Shown one piece after another: positions 21,441-29,758 of a stretch of DNA of 32,972 nt; the first letter of the stretch is position 1, and the number at the start of each line of letters is the position of its first letter. The notes beneath the pieces were generated by a model. That model ran no database searches. It was not told the origin of the DNA and saw only the letters and a list, made by a program, of their open reading frames with translations. A program made the translations under genes and the position numbers. Source of the DNA: Polyangiales bacterium (lineage in GTDB: Bacteria > Myxococcota_A > Polyangia > Polyangiales > Polyangiaceae); NCBI GenBank assembly GCA_038230375.1, contig JBBRNJ010000090.1, positions 1 to 32,972 on the forward strand, read 5' to 3'.

Positions 21441-23506
21441 GCGATCCCTCGACTGTCCTCTGTGACCAAGTGCTCATCCTCGGACGTCCGGGGAGCCGAA
21501 AAGTTCTCATGGCGCCGGAGGCCTGCGCCCTCCGCCAGGGCCCATGCTGGCTCGCCGCCGATCAGCACCAGGACCGCGTCCACCTCGACGATGTCCGCGG
21601 TGTGGGCGCCGACCCGTACGAGATGCACCAGCCCCGGCTCGACCTTCCGCACGAACGTGTTGAGGCGCAGGTCGAGCAGGCCACGGGTCGACAGGTGGCG
21701 GACCTCGTCCACGTTGCGCTTCCTTCCGCGCGCGAAGTCCTCTCCGCGATGGACGAGCGTGACCTTGGTGTCTGGCTGCTTCGCGAGCGCGACCGCCGCC
21801 TCCATCGCGCTGTCGCCGAGCCCCACGACGATGACACGCTTGCCCTCGAACGAGCGCGCATCCGAGAGGAAGCGATGAACATGCGGCGCCGCGTCCGGAG
21901 CGATCTCCGCCTCGAACGGTCGCGGCGAGCCGTATTTGCCCGTGGCCAGAACCACGGCACGTGCCCGGACGACGTGGTCCTCTTCGGCGCCCTCCGGCGC
22001 ATCAGCGCGCGCCTGCCTGGCGGTCACACGGAACGCATCGCCATCCTTCACGATCGAGAGGACCCGCGTGCGTGTCTGGACGTTGAGCCCGTGCTTGCGC
22101 ACGATCCGCTCCCACGCGCGCACGAGCTCTTCCTTCTTTGCGCTCTGGAACTCCAGCGGCCCCTCCACTGGCATGGTGAGCGGCGCGTCGAAGACCAGCT
22201 TGTCGCGCGGGAAGGCGCGGATGCTGGCCGCGAGATCGCCCTGCTCGTACAGACGAACGGTGAGCTTTGCATCCTTCGCGGAGAGCGCAGCGGAGAGGCC
22301 CGCGGGGCCCGCGCCGACGATCACGACGTCCACGTCGGCCTCACGCGCGAGCTCCTTCTTGCGCTCACGAATGCGCTCGATCACGCGCGCGCCCTGGGCG
22401 ATCGCGTTCTTGATGAGCGGCAACCCGGTGAGATCGCCAGCGACGAAGAGGCCGCGCGCGTCCAGGCTCTCGCCGTGCTCGTCGATACGAAGCGCGCCCT
22501 CCTGCGCCTCACCCTCGTGGATGACGATCGAGCCGTTCGGACAGGCGGGCTCGCAGAGGATCACGCCCGTGCAATCCTTGGGACGCGCCACGACGGCGAC
22601 GTATTGTTTGATCTCGAGCACGTCGAACGGACATGCGTCCACGCACGCGTAGCAGCCCAGGCATGTGACCGGGTTCACGACGGGCAAGCGCTTCACCGGC
22701 GCGGCGAACGCGGCCGTTTTTGCGGCGGCGGCGACGCGGCGACGTCCCTTGCGCGATACGAGCACGTACGCCAGCGCGCCGGCGAGCACGGAGGCGAGCG
22801 ACACCGGAAGCACCGTGCCCTCGTAGCCGCCGCGAGCGCTCGCCTTCGGAAGGTCGGCCTTCATGGCGCGCCCCGCCCCCTCCCATGCGACGTAGCGCGT
22901 CTCGCCGTGCTGGGCCTTGCATACTCCCGTGGCGCCACGCGGCGAGAGCGGGGTCTCGTGCTCGTCCCAGCAACGCGAGAAGCCGGACGCGTCGAGACAG
23001 CGCGCGATCGGATCGGCGGGGCTTTTGCCGTTGTGACAGCCCGCGCAACGCTCCGTGCGGACGAGCGGGACGATCGTGCCCTTCGGCGGCGAAGGCCCCG
23101 TCTCGATCTCTGACACTGCATCCGCATGGAAGACCTTCGCGTGGCCGTCACCCGCAAACGACACGCCATACGCTTCTCCGTGCGCCGGGTGACAGGTCGC
23201 GCAACGCAGCACGCCCTTCTCCATCAGCGTGCGGTGGGCCTTCCGCGTGGACACGTGCTGGCCCGGGTCGTGACAGCCAACGCACGTGGCCGGACCGTCC
23301 GATGTGGTGTGGCACGACGCGCAGGCGACCTTCGCGCGCTGATGAGGCAGCGCGAGCGGCCCCACGGATCTCGCGCCCGTGGAGCCGAGCGCCGCGACCG
23401 CGCCTCCCGCGGACAGCGCGGTGGTGACGACCAGCGCGGACAGCAACGCCCGCTGTCGCCACACGTCACCGCTGCGAGCAGCGCTCCGCGTTGCCTGCGC
23501 GCTCAT
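21437..23506 (-). CDS. Tetraheme cytochrome c - TM - ferredoxin - TrxR/YpdA-like FAD/NAD(P)H oxidoreductase fusion
   Basis: Start at ATG 23506 (ATGA overlap). N-terminal hydrophobic anchor; CASCH, CVGCH, CATCH, CAGCH; TM followed by RKGRRR; CLGCYACVDACP and CTGVILCEPACP; LFVAGD; VVIVGAGPAG; VVLATG; VVGLGDSAMEAA; VHRGEDFAR. Confidence 0.88.
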   Translation of the reverse strand: MSAQATRSAARSGDVWRQRALLSALVVTTALSAGGAVAALGSTGARSVGPLALPHQRAKVACASCHTTSDGPATCVGCHDPGQHVSTRKAHRTLMEKGVLRCATCHPAHGEAYGVSFAGDGHAKVFHADAVSEIETGPSPPKGTIVPLVRTERCAGCHNGKSPADPIARCLDASGFSRCWDEHETPLSPRGATGVCKAQHGETRYVAWEGAGRAMKADLPKASARGGYEGTVLPVSLASVLAGALAYVLVSRKGRRRVAAAAKTAAFAAPVKRLPVVNPVTCLGCYACVDACPFDVLEIKQYVAVVARPKDCTGVILCEPACPNGSIVIHEGEAQEGALRIDEHGESLDARGLFVAGDLTGLPLIKNAIAQGARVIERIRERKKELAREADVDVVIVGAGPAGLSAALSAKDAKLTVRLYEQGDLAASIRAFPRDKLVFDAPLTMPVEGPLEFQSAKKEELVRAWERIVRKHGLNVQTRTRVLSIVKDGDAFRVTARQARADAPEGAEEDHVVRARAVVLATGKYGSPRPFEAEIAPDAAPHVHRFLSDARSFEGKRVIVVGLGDSAMEAAVALAKQPDTKVTLVHRGEDFARGRKRNVDEVRHLSTRGLLDLRLNTFVRKVEPGLVHLVRVGAHTADIVEVDAVLVLIGGEPAWALAEGAGLRRHENFSAPRTSEDEHLVTEDSRGIA

Positions 23507-25614
23507 CGCAGCACCTCCACCACGTGCGCGACGATCAGCCCCAGCGACGCGGCCACGGCGAGCACGTGGAGCACGACCACCCCGGCCAGCACACGCGCAA
23601 GTGTGGTCTTCGCACGATGCGCGCGACGTTGCACGACGACCGCGGCCACCTCCGCCACCTCTGCCTGCTTGTCGCGCCCGCGCCCCTCGAGCAATGCGTC
23701 GATCGACGTCGTGAGGCGCGTTCGCTCCTGACGCTGGGTCCGACCCGACAGCGCGAACGACATCGGGCCCGCGAGTCGCCGATCGTACGGCCCGAGCACC
23801 CGCTCGAAGATGGCCTTCGTGAGCTCCGACTTTCCGGACAGCGCGGAGAGCAACGCCACGCCGAGCGCACGCCACTCCTCGGGCCCGCGGTCGTCGCCCG
23901 TGGAGGATGCCTCCGCCCGCGTCATGGCCCGCGGGAGCACCCGCCCGAGCGCGAACGCCAGAAGGCCGGACGCACCCGCCACGAGTGCGAGCGTGAGCGC
24001 GATGCCGCCCGGGTTCGCGCGCACGTGACCGTGCGAGTGCGCGAGCAGCAGGCCCGGCGTGAGCGCTCCCGTGAACGCGTGGACCAGGTATCCGCGGGAT
24101 GGCGCGAGGACCGAGTCCTTCCCGACGTAGCGAAAGAGCAGCCGCTTCTGTAACATGTATAATACACATGTCAGCAGCGCGACCAGCGCGACCACGCCCG
24201 ATGCGCGAAACGGCGGGTGGACGAGCGTGGCGCCCATGGAAGCGGCGAGCGTGGCAGCGATCGCGAGCGTGGGAATGCGTGGCGCAGCCGGAAGCGCAGC
24301 GCGATCCTTCCCACCACCGAGCTCAGGCAGAACACGCGCCGGCTCCACGCGTGCGATCGCCGTGACCGGGCACGCGACCACGCAGGCGGGGCCGTGCGCG
24401 CGTCCCTCGCAGAGATCGCACTTCACGGCAAGGTCGGCCCCCGCAAGACCGGCCGGCGCGGGCGCGTCCTTCGTGCGCGGTGCCATGGAGATGTTGTCCC
24501 ATGGGCACGCCTTCTCGCAGGCGCCGCACCCCGTGCAGAGCTCTGCGCGGATCACGACCTCGAGTGCGTCGTTGCGTCCGATCGCGCCCGTGGGACAGGG
24601 CGGCATGCACGCGGGGTTCTTGCAATGCTGACAGCTGGTGGGGACCAGCAGCGTGGCGCCCAGCGACGGGACCTCGAACTTGTCACCGCCGCGATAGAGG
24701 CGCGACACGCCGTCGTCGTGAACGCTCGCGCACGCACTGCTGCACTGACCACAGCGGAGGCAGCTGTCGCCGTCGATGACGAGCATGGAGCCCGCGGCCT
24801 CGAACCGATGCCGATCACGGAAGAGGTGGGCCGTGGGAAGGAGCTGCGGCAGCCGCGTCAGATGTGCCGTCTTGCCCGCGCTCCACTGCACGACCTTCGC
24901 AGGCACCACGATCACGCGCGATGGACCGGTGGCGAGCACGCTGGACTGCCGCGGCCGCTTGCCCGATGCCTCCGAGTCGCCGACGGCGTCCCCACGCGAT
25001 ACGTAGCCGAGCACCCGCGGTCTGCCAACGTCATCCACCGTCTGCGTCAGCGTGCCGGACGCCACGAGAAAGAGCTCGTCCGCGGGATCGCCCTCCCGAT
25101 AGAGGTACTCGTTCTTCTCCAGCATGCGGACGGACGACGCGTCGACGACCTTGCCGCGCTCGGTCTCCGAGAGGTCGGCGAAGATCGCGCTCGCCGAGAT
25201 GACGTCGGAGCAGAGCGCGCGCTCCACCGATCGCCGGATCCTCGCCTCGTGCTCCTCGGCCCCTGCGCGTGACAGCGCGCGGCGTACGAGATGCGCTGGC
25301 ATGGCCACCGCGGCGCTCTTCCCACGAGAGCGCGCGAGCGTCTGCCGTGCCGCGAACGGAAGGATCGCCTCCTCGCCGAACGCGTCACCGGGGAGCGCGT
25401 CGCGCACGTGCCGCTCCTTTCCGTCCTTCTTGCTCGGGACGTAGAGCGCAATGGTGCCCTCGGTGCAGACGAAGACCTGGTCGCCGCTCTCACCCGCGGA
25501 GAACGCGAGCTGTCCGTCCGTGAGCGTGACTTCGCGCGATGCTGCCAGGAGCTCCTTCTTGCCGCGCTCGTCGACGTCCGCGAGCAGGCTCGAAGAGAAC
25601 GGGTCACGGGCCAT
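23503..25614 (-). CDS. Tandem cNMP-binding domains + four [4Fe-4S] motifs (DmsB/NrfC-like) + membrane domain with paired His
   Basis: cNMP domains: FSAGESGDQVFV..EG...GDAFGE...R and LYREGDPADELFLV.SG...GD..G...PR. Fe-S motifs: CLRCGQCSSAC, CQHCKNPACMPPCP, CTGCGACEKACP, CDLC...PACVVACP. TM helices carry two H-x13-H pairs. Confidence 0.88.
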   Translation of the reverse strand: MARDPFSSSLLADVDERGKKELLAASREVTLTDGQLAFSAGESGDQVFVCTEGTIALYVPSKKDGKERHVRDALPGDAFGEEAILPFAARQTLARSRGKSAAVAMPAHLVRRALSRAGAEEHEARIRRSVERALCSDVISASAIFADLSETERGKVVDASSVRMLEKNEYLYREGDPADELFLVASGTLTQTVDDVGRPRVLGYVSRGDAVGDSEASGKRPRQSSVLATGPSRVIVVPAKVVQWSAGKTAHLTRLPQLLPTAHLFRDRHRFEAAGSMLVIDGDSCLRCGQCSSACASVHDDGVSRLYRGGDKFEVPSLGATLLVPTSCQHCKNPACMPPCPTGAIGRNDALEVVIRAELCTGCGACEKACPWDNISMAPRTKDAPAPAGLAGADLAVKCDLCEGRAHGPACVVACPVTAIARVEPARVLPELGGGKDRAALPAAPRIPTLAIAATLAASMGATLVHPPFRASGVVALVALLTCVLYMLQKRLLFRYVGKDSVLAPSRGYLVHAFTGALTPGLLLAHSHGHVRANPGGIALTLALVAGASGLLAFALGRVLPRAMTRAEASSTGDDRGPEEWRALGVALLSALSGKSELTKAIFERVLGPYDRRLAGPMSFALSGRTQRQERTRLTTSIDALLEGRGRDKQAEVAEVAAVVVQRRAHRAKTTLARVLAGVVVLHVLAVAASLGLIVAHVVEVLR

Positions 25615-28501
25615 GCGTCACGACCTCGGCGATGTCCAGGATGCGTAGCCGCGCAACGTGAGCGGGCGTGACCTGCGCGCCGCTCGGACGCTCACCGCGC
25701 GACGCCCTCCGCGCCTCGTAGTCGGCGAAGGCGCGCAGCAGATACGGCGGGAACGCGCGGAACCGCAGGCGTGCGGTCACGGTGAATGGTGCCTTGCGCC
25801 CCTCGGTAGGTAGCTCGTACAGCCACCGCTGCTTCACGTTCGGCGCGGCGGAACGGGTGTCGATGATCGCGTCGGGCGCCTTCGCGATCCCGCGATCCGC
25901 GTCCAGCGCGCCGATGGGAAAGAACGTCTCGAAGAGCGCGTTGTCGCCGGACAGGTTGCTGCGGCACTCGCCCGTGTCCAGATCGTAGTCACCGTCGTCG
26001 AAGCGATCTGCGCGCGTGCGTCCCTGATCACCCGCGGGCTGGCAGGCGCCGTTCTGGTCGATCAAGCCGATGCATCGAACACAGCGCAAGAAGCCATTTT
26101 GCAGGTTGATGAGGCCACGTCCATGCCGTTCGTCGGGCCCGTTTGGCTTCCATGCGGGGACGTCCGGACCGTCGGCCACGTCGGCACCGAACAGCCCGAG
26201 CGGCCTGCCCTTCCCGTCCGTGACGGTGTCATCCGTGCGGATGCGGAGGAAGCGCTTGTCCGCGAGGTCTTCGTCTGCCTTGCCGATCTTGCCCACCTCG
26301 TAGAGCACGCGACCATCAGCATCCTTCACCGTGAGCTCCACCCAGATCTCGCGCTCCTGGCTGAAGCCCGCGGGCACGCGGTGACCAGCGCCGGTGTTCG
26401 TGATCGACACCGGCACCCGCAGTGTTCCGCCGGACGACTCCGGCGTGCCCACGTCGAACGTGAGCGCGCGCGCGACGAGCATGGTCTGGCGCATCGCCAG
26501 GCCCAGGGGCACGCCCTCGGGATCGAGCGCCGACAGATCCTCGGAGAGGCCGCGCGGGTCGATGGCCAGCGGAACCTCCACGCTCGTGAAGTCGTGCGAC
26601 ACGTGCTTTCCGCGGCCCAGATCTCCAGGGCTCCGCGCCTGGAACCTGGTTCCACCGGGGCACCCCTTCCCTCCCCGACTGTTTGTATCCTGCACGCATA
26701 TGCCCGGGACCGTGGACATGTGGCAGTCCTGGCACGTGGACTGCGGACGCCCGGCGCGCGCTTCGTCCTGGGCCCACGCGCGCCATTCCGAATACCCATT
26801 GCGGAGCCGCTTGAAGTGCTCACCGCGGTCGCGCGCGCCAATGATGTCGGTGCCGAAGAGGCGCACGTCGTGGCAGCTGCCGCAGAACTCGCTCGAGCGC
26901 AGATACGCCTTCTCCTGGGAGCTTGCGAGCTTGTGCACGCGCGCGCCGTTGGTCGCGAGCGCCGATCCGAAGAACGACGTGGCGTCGAGCGCATAGCCGC
27001 TGTTACCGATGCCCAGGCGCCCGGTGGCGTCCTCCGGGCGCGCGGCGAACACGGTGCCCGTCTGGAAAGAGGTCCACGTGGGGTTGCCCTGGTACGACTG
27101 CCCCTGGTGCACCGGGCCGATGGTGGTGTGGCACGAGATGCAGGAGATGCCCTCCATTGAACTCGGCGACGCGAGATCCTTCACGGGCGCGCGGCTGCCT
27201 TCGCTGCTGCGGCCCGACCCGTTCGACGACCACGGCGGCATCGACGCCGCGAGGTTCTCGCCAGGGAGGTGGCAGTTCACGCACCAGTGCTCGCCGCCCG
27301 CTCCCGTGATCGTGGTGCCGCGATTGCGGTCGAAGCATGCGTCCGTTCCGCGCTTGCGCAGGATGCCCGCGCCGTTGGGGCACTCGGACGAGCGGCCGAC
27401 CTCCTCTTCCACCACGCTCTCGAGCGCACCGAAGAGCGGGCTTGTGGCCGCGCGCGACATCACGCTTCGGCGCCACTCCGACACCTCGCGCGCGTGACAG
27501 GCCACGCAGGAGTCGGCCTGCGATCGCGCCAGCGTCATAGGGCGCTCGACGGGCGCCTTCGCGGAAGAAGAGCCTGCGGGACCCACTGCGCCGTAGGTGC
27601 CCTGCGACACGGCGGCTACCGCGGCAACCGCCGCAACGGCCACGAAACCGACCGCCCCGCCCATGCGCAGCCAGGTCCCGCGCGTTCTCCGCGGTGCGGC
27701 GGCCTGGTCCATCGCGCTTCCTGCCAGGTTCGGCTTCGCGCGATTCACCACGACCTTTGCCGACGTGGTGGCCGACAGCTCGCGCACGATCTCGTCGGCG
27801 GACCGCGGCCGCTTCTCCGCATCTGGCGACAGCATCCGGAGCAAGAATGCATGGAGGCCCGGCGGTAGCTCACGCGCCACGTCCTGCGGCAATGGAACGA
27901 TCTCCGAACGACCCGCCGCGAACGCCGCGCGCGCGCCGTCACCGCGAAACGGCGGAGCCCCCGCGAGCAGCCGGTAGAGGATCAGGCCGAGCACATAGCG
28001 ATTGGCAGCCGAGTCCCACGACGCGCCGTCCAGCTGCTCGGGTGGCGTGTACGTGGGTGATGGACCGCTCCCTCGAGCGGCGCCCTCCGTCTGCTCTCCC
28101 GACAGCGCTGCAAGATAATCACGCGCCGCGATGAACGCTCCGCCGGCGTCGATGAGGCGCACGTCCTCCGGGGACAGCGGGCCCGTGAACACGTGCCCAC
28201 GCTCGCACCGCAGCAGATCCTCCGCCACACCGAGCGCCACGTTGCGGGCATCCGCGAACGACATGCGCTCGTTCTTGGGCAGCTCCGCGAGGCTCTTCGT
28301 CGAAGGCGCGCGCAGCAACCATGCCGCGCCGTCGCCTTGGCCCGCGTCCACGAAGCCAAGGCCCAGCGCGCGCAGGCGCTCGGCGAGCGCTGGCTCCACC
28401 ACGAACCATGCGGTCCCCCCGTCCGCGCGGGCGGTCTCGAAGCGCCCGGCCTTCGTGCGTTCCCCGAGGAGCTTCGGTGGAGCGGAGTCAGGGAGTGCCA
28501 C
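25604..28501 (-). CDS. Degenerate Ser/Thr kinase domain - TM - pentaheme cytochrome c (c554/c552-like) fusion
   Basis: Kinase C-lobe remnants YTPPEQ, YVLGLILYRLLAGAPPF and LSPDAEKRP; TM GGAVGFVAVAAVAAVAAV; CVACH, CVNCH, CISCH, CGSCH, CQDCH; C-terminal V.ITNTGAGHRVP.G..RE.W.EL.V.D..G typical of multiheme c proteins. Confidence 0.88.
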   Translation of the reverse strand: MALPDSAPPKLLGERTKAGRFETARADGGTAWFVVEPALAERLRALGLGFVDAGQGDGAAWLLRAPSTKSLAELPKNERMSFADARNVALGVAEDLLRCERGHVFTGPLSPEDVRLIDAGGAFIAARDYLAALSGEQTEGAARGSGPSPTYTPPEQLDGASWDSAANRYVLGLILYRLLAGAPPFRGDGARAAFAAGRSEIVPLPQDVARELPPGLHAFLLRMLSPDAEKRPRSADEIVRELSATTSAKVVVNRAKPNLAGSAMDQAAAPRRTRGTWLRMGGAVGFVAVAAVAAVAAVSQGTYGAVGPAGSSSAKAPVERPMTLARSQADSCVACHAREVSEWRRSVMSRAATSPLFGALESVVEEEVGRSSECPNGAGILRKRGTDACFDRNRGTTITGAGGEHWCVNCHLPGENLAASMPPWSSNGSGRSSEGSRAPVKDLASPSSMEGISCISCHTTIGPVHQGQSYQGNPTWTSFQTGTVFAARPEDATGRLGIGNSGYALDATSFFGSALATNGARVHKLASSQEKAYLRSSEFCGSCHDVRLFGTDIIGARDRGEHFKRLRNGYSEWRAWAQDEARAGRPQSTCQDCHMSTVPGICVQDTNSRGGKGCPGGTRFQARSPGDLGRGKHVSHDFTSVEVPLAIDPRGLSEDLSALDPEGVPLGLAMRQTMLVARALTFDVGTPESSGGTLRVPVSITNTGAGHRVPAGFSQEREIWVELTVKDADGRVLYEVGKIGKADEDLADKRFLRIRTDDTVTDGKGRPLGLFGADVADGPDVPAWKPNGPDERHGRGLINLQNGFLRCVRCIGLIDQNGACQPAGDQGRTRADRFDDGDYDLDTGECRSNLSGDNALFETFFPIGALDADRGIAKAPDAIIDTRSAAPNVKQRWLYELPTEGRKAPFTVTARLRFRAFPPYLLRAFADYEARRASRGERPSGAQVTPAHVARLRILDIAEVVTHGP

Positions 28502-28507
28502 TCTGTC

Positions 28508-29710
28508 CTATCGGGTCGACGCGCTCGCGGTCACGACGTCGCGGGGCGTCGGAGACGAGGCCAGCTTGGTACGCACGATATATGTCGAGAGGAATGCGGC
28601 CAGCGAGAGCGCAACGATGGCGCTGATCGCGAGCCAGCCTGGAAGCTCCTTCGCCCCCGTCTTCTTCTCCAGAAGCGCGACTGTGTCGTTGCGTGGTGTG
28701 TCCTCCGTCTTCTTTGCTGCCTTGTCGCCGTCGCTCGTGCTCTTGTTTCCAGACTTGCTGTCGCTGGTGGCCGACGCCTTCGAAGGCTCGGTCTTCACGA
28801 GCGGATCCGTGCGCTGGGCCGACGCGGGCGCCGTGACCGCGCGCGGCGCAGTGGTACCAAGGAGCGCGCCTGCGCTGCAGAACGGCGAGAGGCGCTCGGA
28901 CACGACGCGCGCGGAGCTGGGCCGCTTCTCGGGGTCTTTCTCGAGAAGCAAGAAGAGCAGCTCCTCCACGCCCCGCGGCAGCCCGCGCCGCACGTCGGCC
29001 TCGAGCGGCGGCGGTGTTGCCGTGCACTGAAGGTTCAGGAGCTCACGCGGCGAGGTGGAGCGAAACGGTGGTACGCCCGCGATCATCTCGTAGAACATCA
29101 AGCCGAGCGCATAGAGATCGCTCCGTGCGTCGATCGTGCGAGCGTCGATCTGCTCCGGGCTCATGTACGCGAGCGTGCCGATGCTCTGCGTGTTGGTCGC
29201 GTTCGCGGCCTCCAGGACCTTGGCAACGCCGAAGTCCATCACCTTCAGACCTTGCGCGGGACCGTTCTCGTCCTCGCCTTCCTTGACCACGAGCATCACG
29301 TTCTCGGGCTTGAGATCGCGATGAACGATGGTCGGCGTCTGCTCGTGCGCGACCGACAACGCGTCCGCGATGCGCACCACGTAGTCGCAGGCCTCGGACC
29401 ACGGGATGGCTCCGGCGCGACCCAGCTCCTGACGCAGGGTGCGTCCGCGGAGGTACTCGAGAACGAGAACCAGCTGCCCGTCCACCTCCATCGAGGCCAG
29501 GCTGCGCACGAGCGACGGGTGCTCGAGATGCGCGAGGATCTGCATCTCCGAGAGGAACATCTTCCGTCCCTCCTCGCTTCGCATCAGCTCCGAGCGCATC
29601 ACCTTGAGGGCGACCCGACGGCCGCTCAGGCGCTCTTCCGCTTCGTAGACCTTGCCCATCCCGCCTTCGCCGATGAGCCGCTTGACGAGGTATTCTCCGA
29701 TTCGATCCAT
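28508..29710 (-). CDS. Membrane-anchored Hanks-type Ser/Thr protein kinase
   Basis: IGEGGMGKVY, VALKVM, HRDLKPENV, DFG, GTLAYMSPEQ, SDLYALG; C-terminal TM WLAISAIVALSLAAFLSTYIV with a short tail. Confidence 0.96.
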   Translation of the reverse strand: MDRIGEYLVKRLIGEGGMGKVYEAEERLSGRRVALKVMRSELMRSEEGRKMFLSEMQILAHLEHPSLVRSLASMEVDGQLVLVLEYLRGRTLRQELGRAGAIPWSEACDYVVRIADALSVAHEQTPTIVHRDLKPENVMLVVKEGEDENGPAQGLKVMDFGVAKVLEAANATNTQSIGTLAYMSPEQIDARTIDARSDLYALGLMFYEMIAGVPPFRSTSPRELLNLQCTATPPPLEADVRRGLPRGVEELLFLLLEKDPEKRPSSARVVSERLSPFCSAGALLGTTAPRAVTAPASAQRTDPLVKTEPSKASATSDSKSGNKSTSDGDKAAKKTEDTPRNDTVALLEKKTGAKELPGWLAISAIVALSLAAFLSTYIVRTKLASSPTPRDVVTASASTR

Positions 29711-29758
29711 CAAGACTCCGACGCACCAGCGACCGCCGCGATCTAACGGGCACCTCGA

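Noticed and set aside
20160..23113. Long plus-strand ORFs 20160..21878 and 21470..23113
   Set aside because: Antisense shadows of the VWA and flavoprotein genes, with no recognisable domains.
23507..24169. N-terminal 221 aa of the 910-aa ORF
   Set aside because: Arg/Ala-rich off-frame overlap with the cNMP/Fe-S gene; the ATGA-coupled start at 23506 is more plausible.
26068..26085. CVRCI as a sixth heme site in the pseudokinase-cytochrome
   Set aside because: It lacks the His of CxxCH, so it is more likely a disulfide or metal site; not counted.
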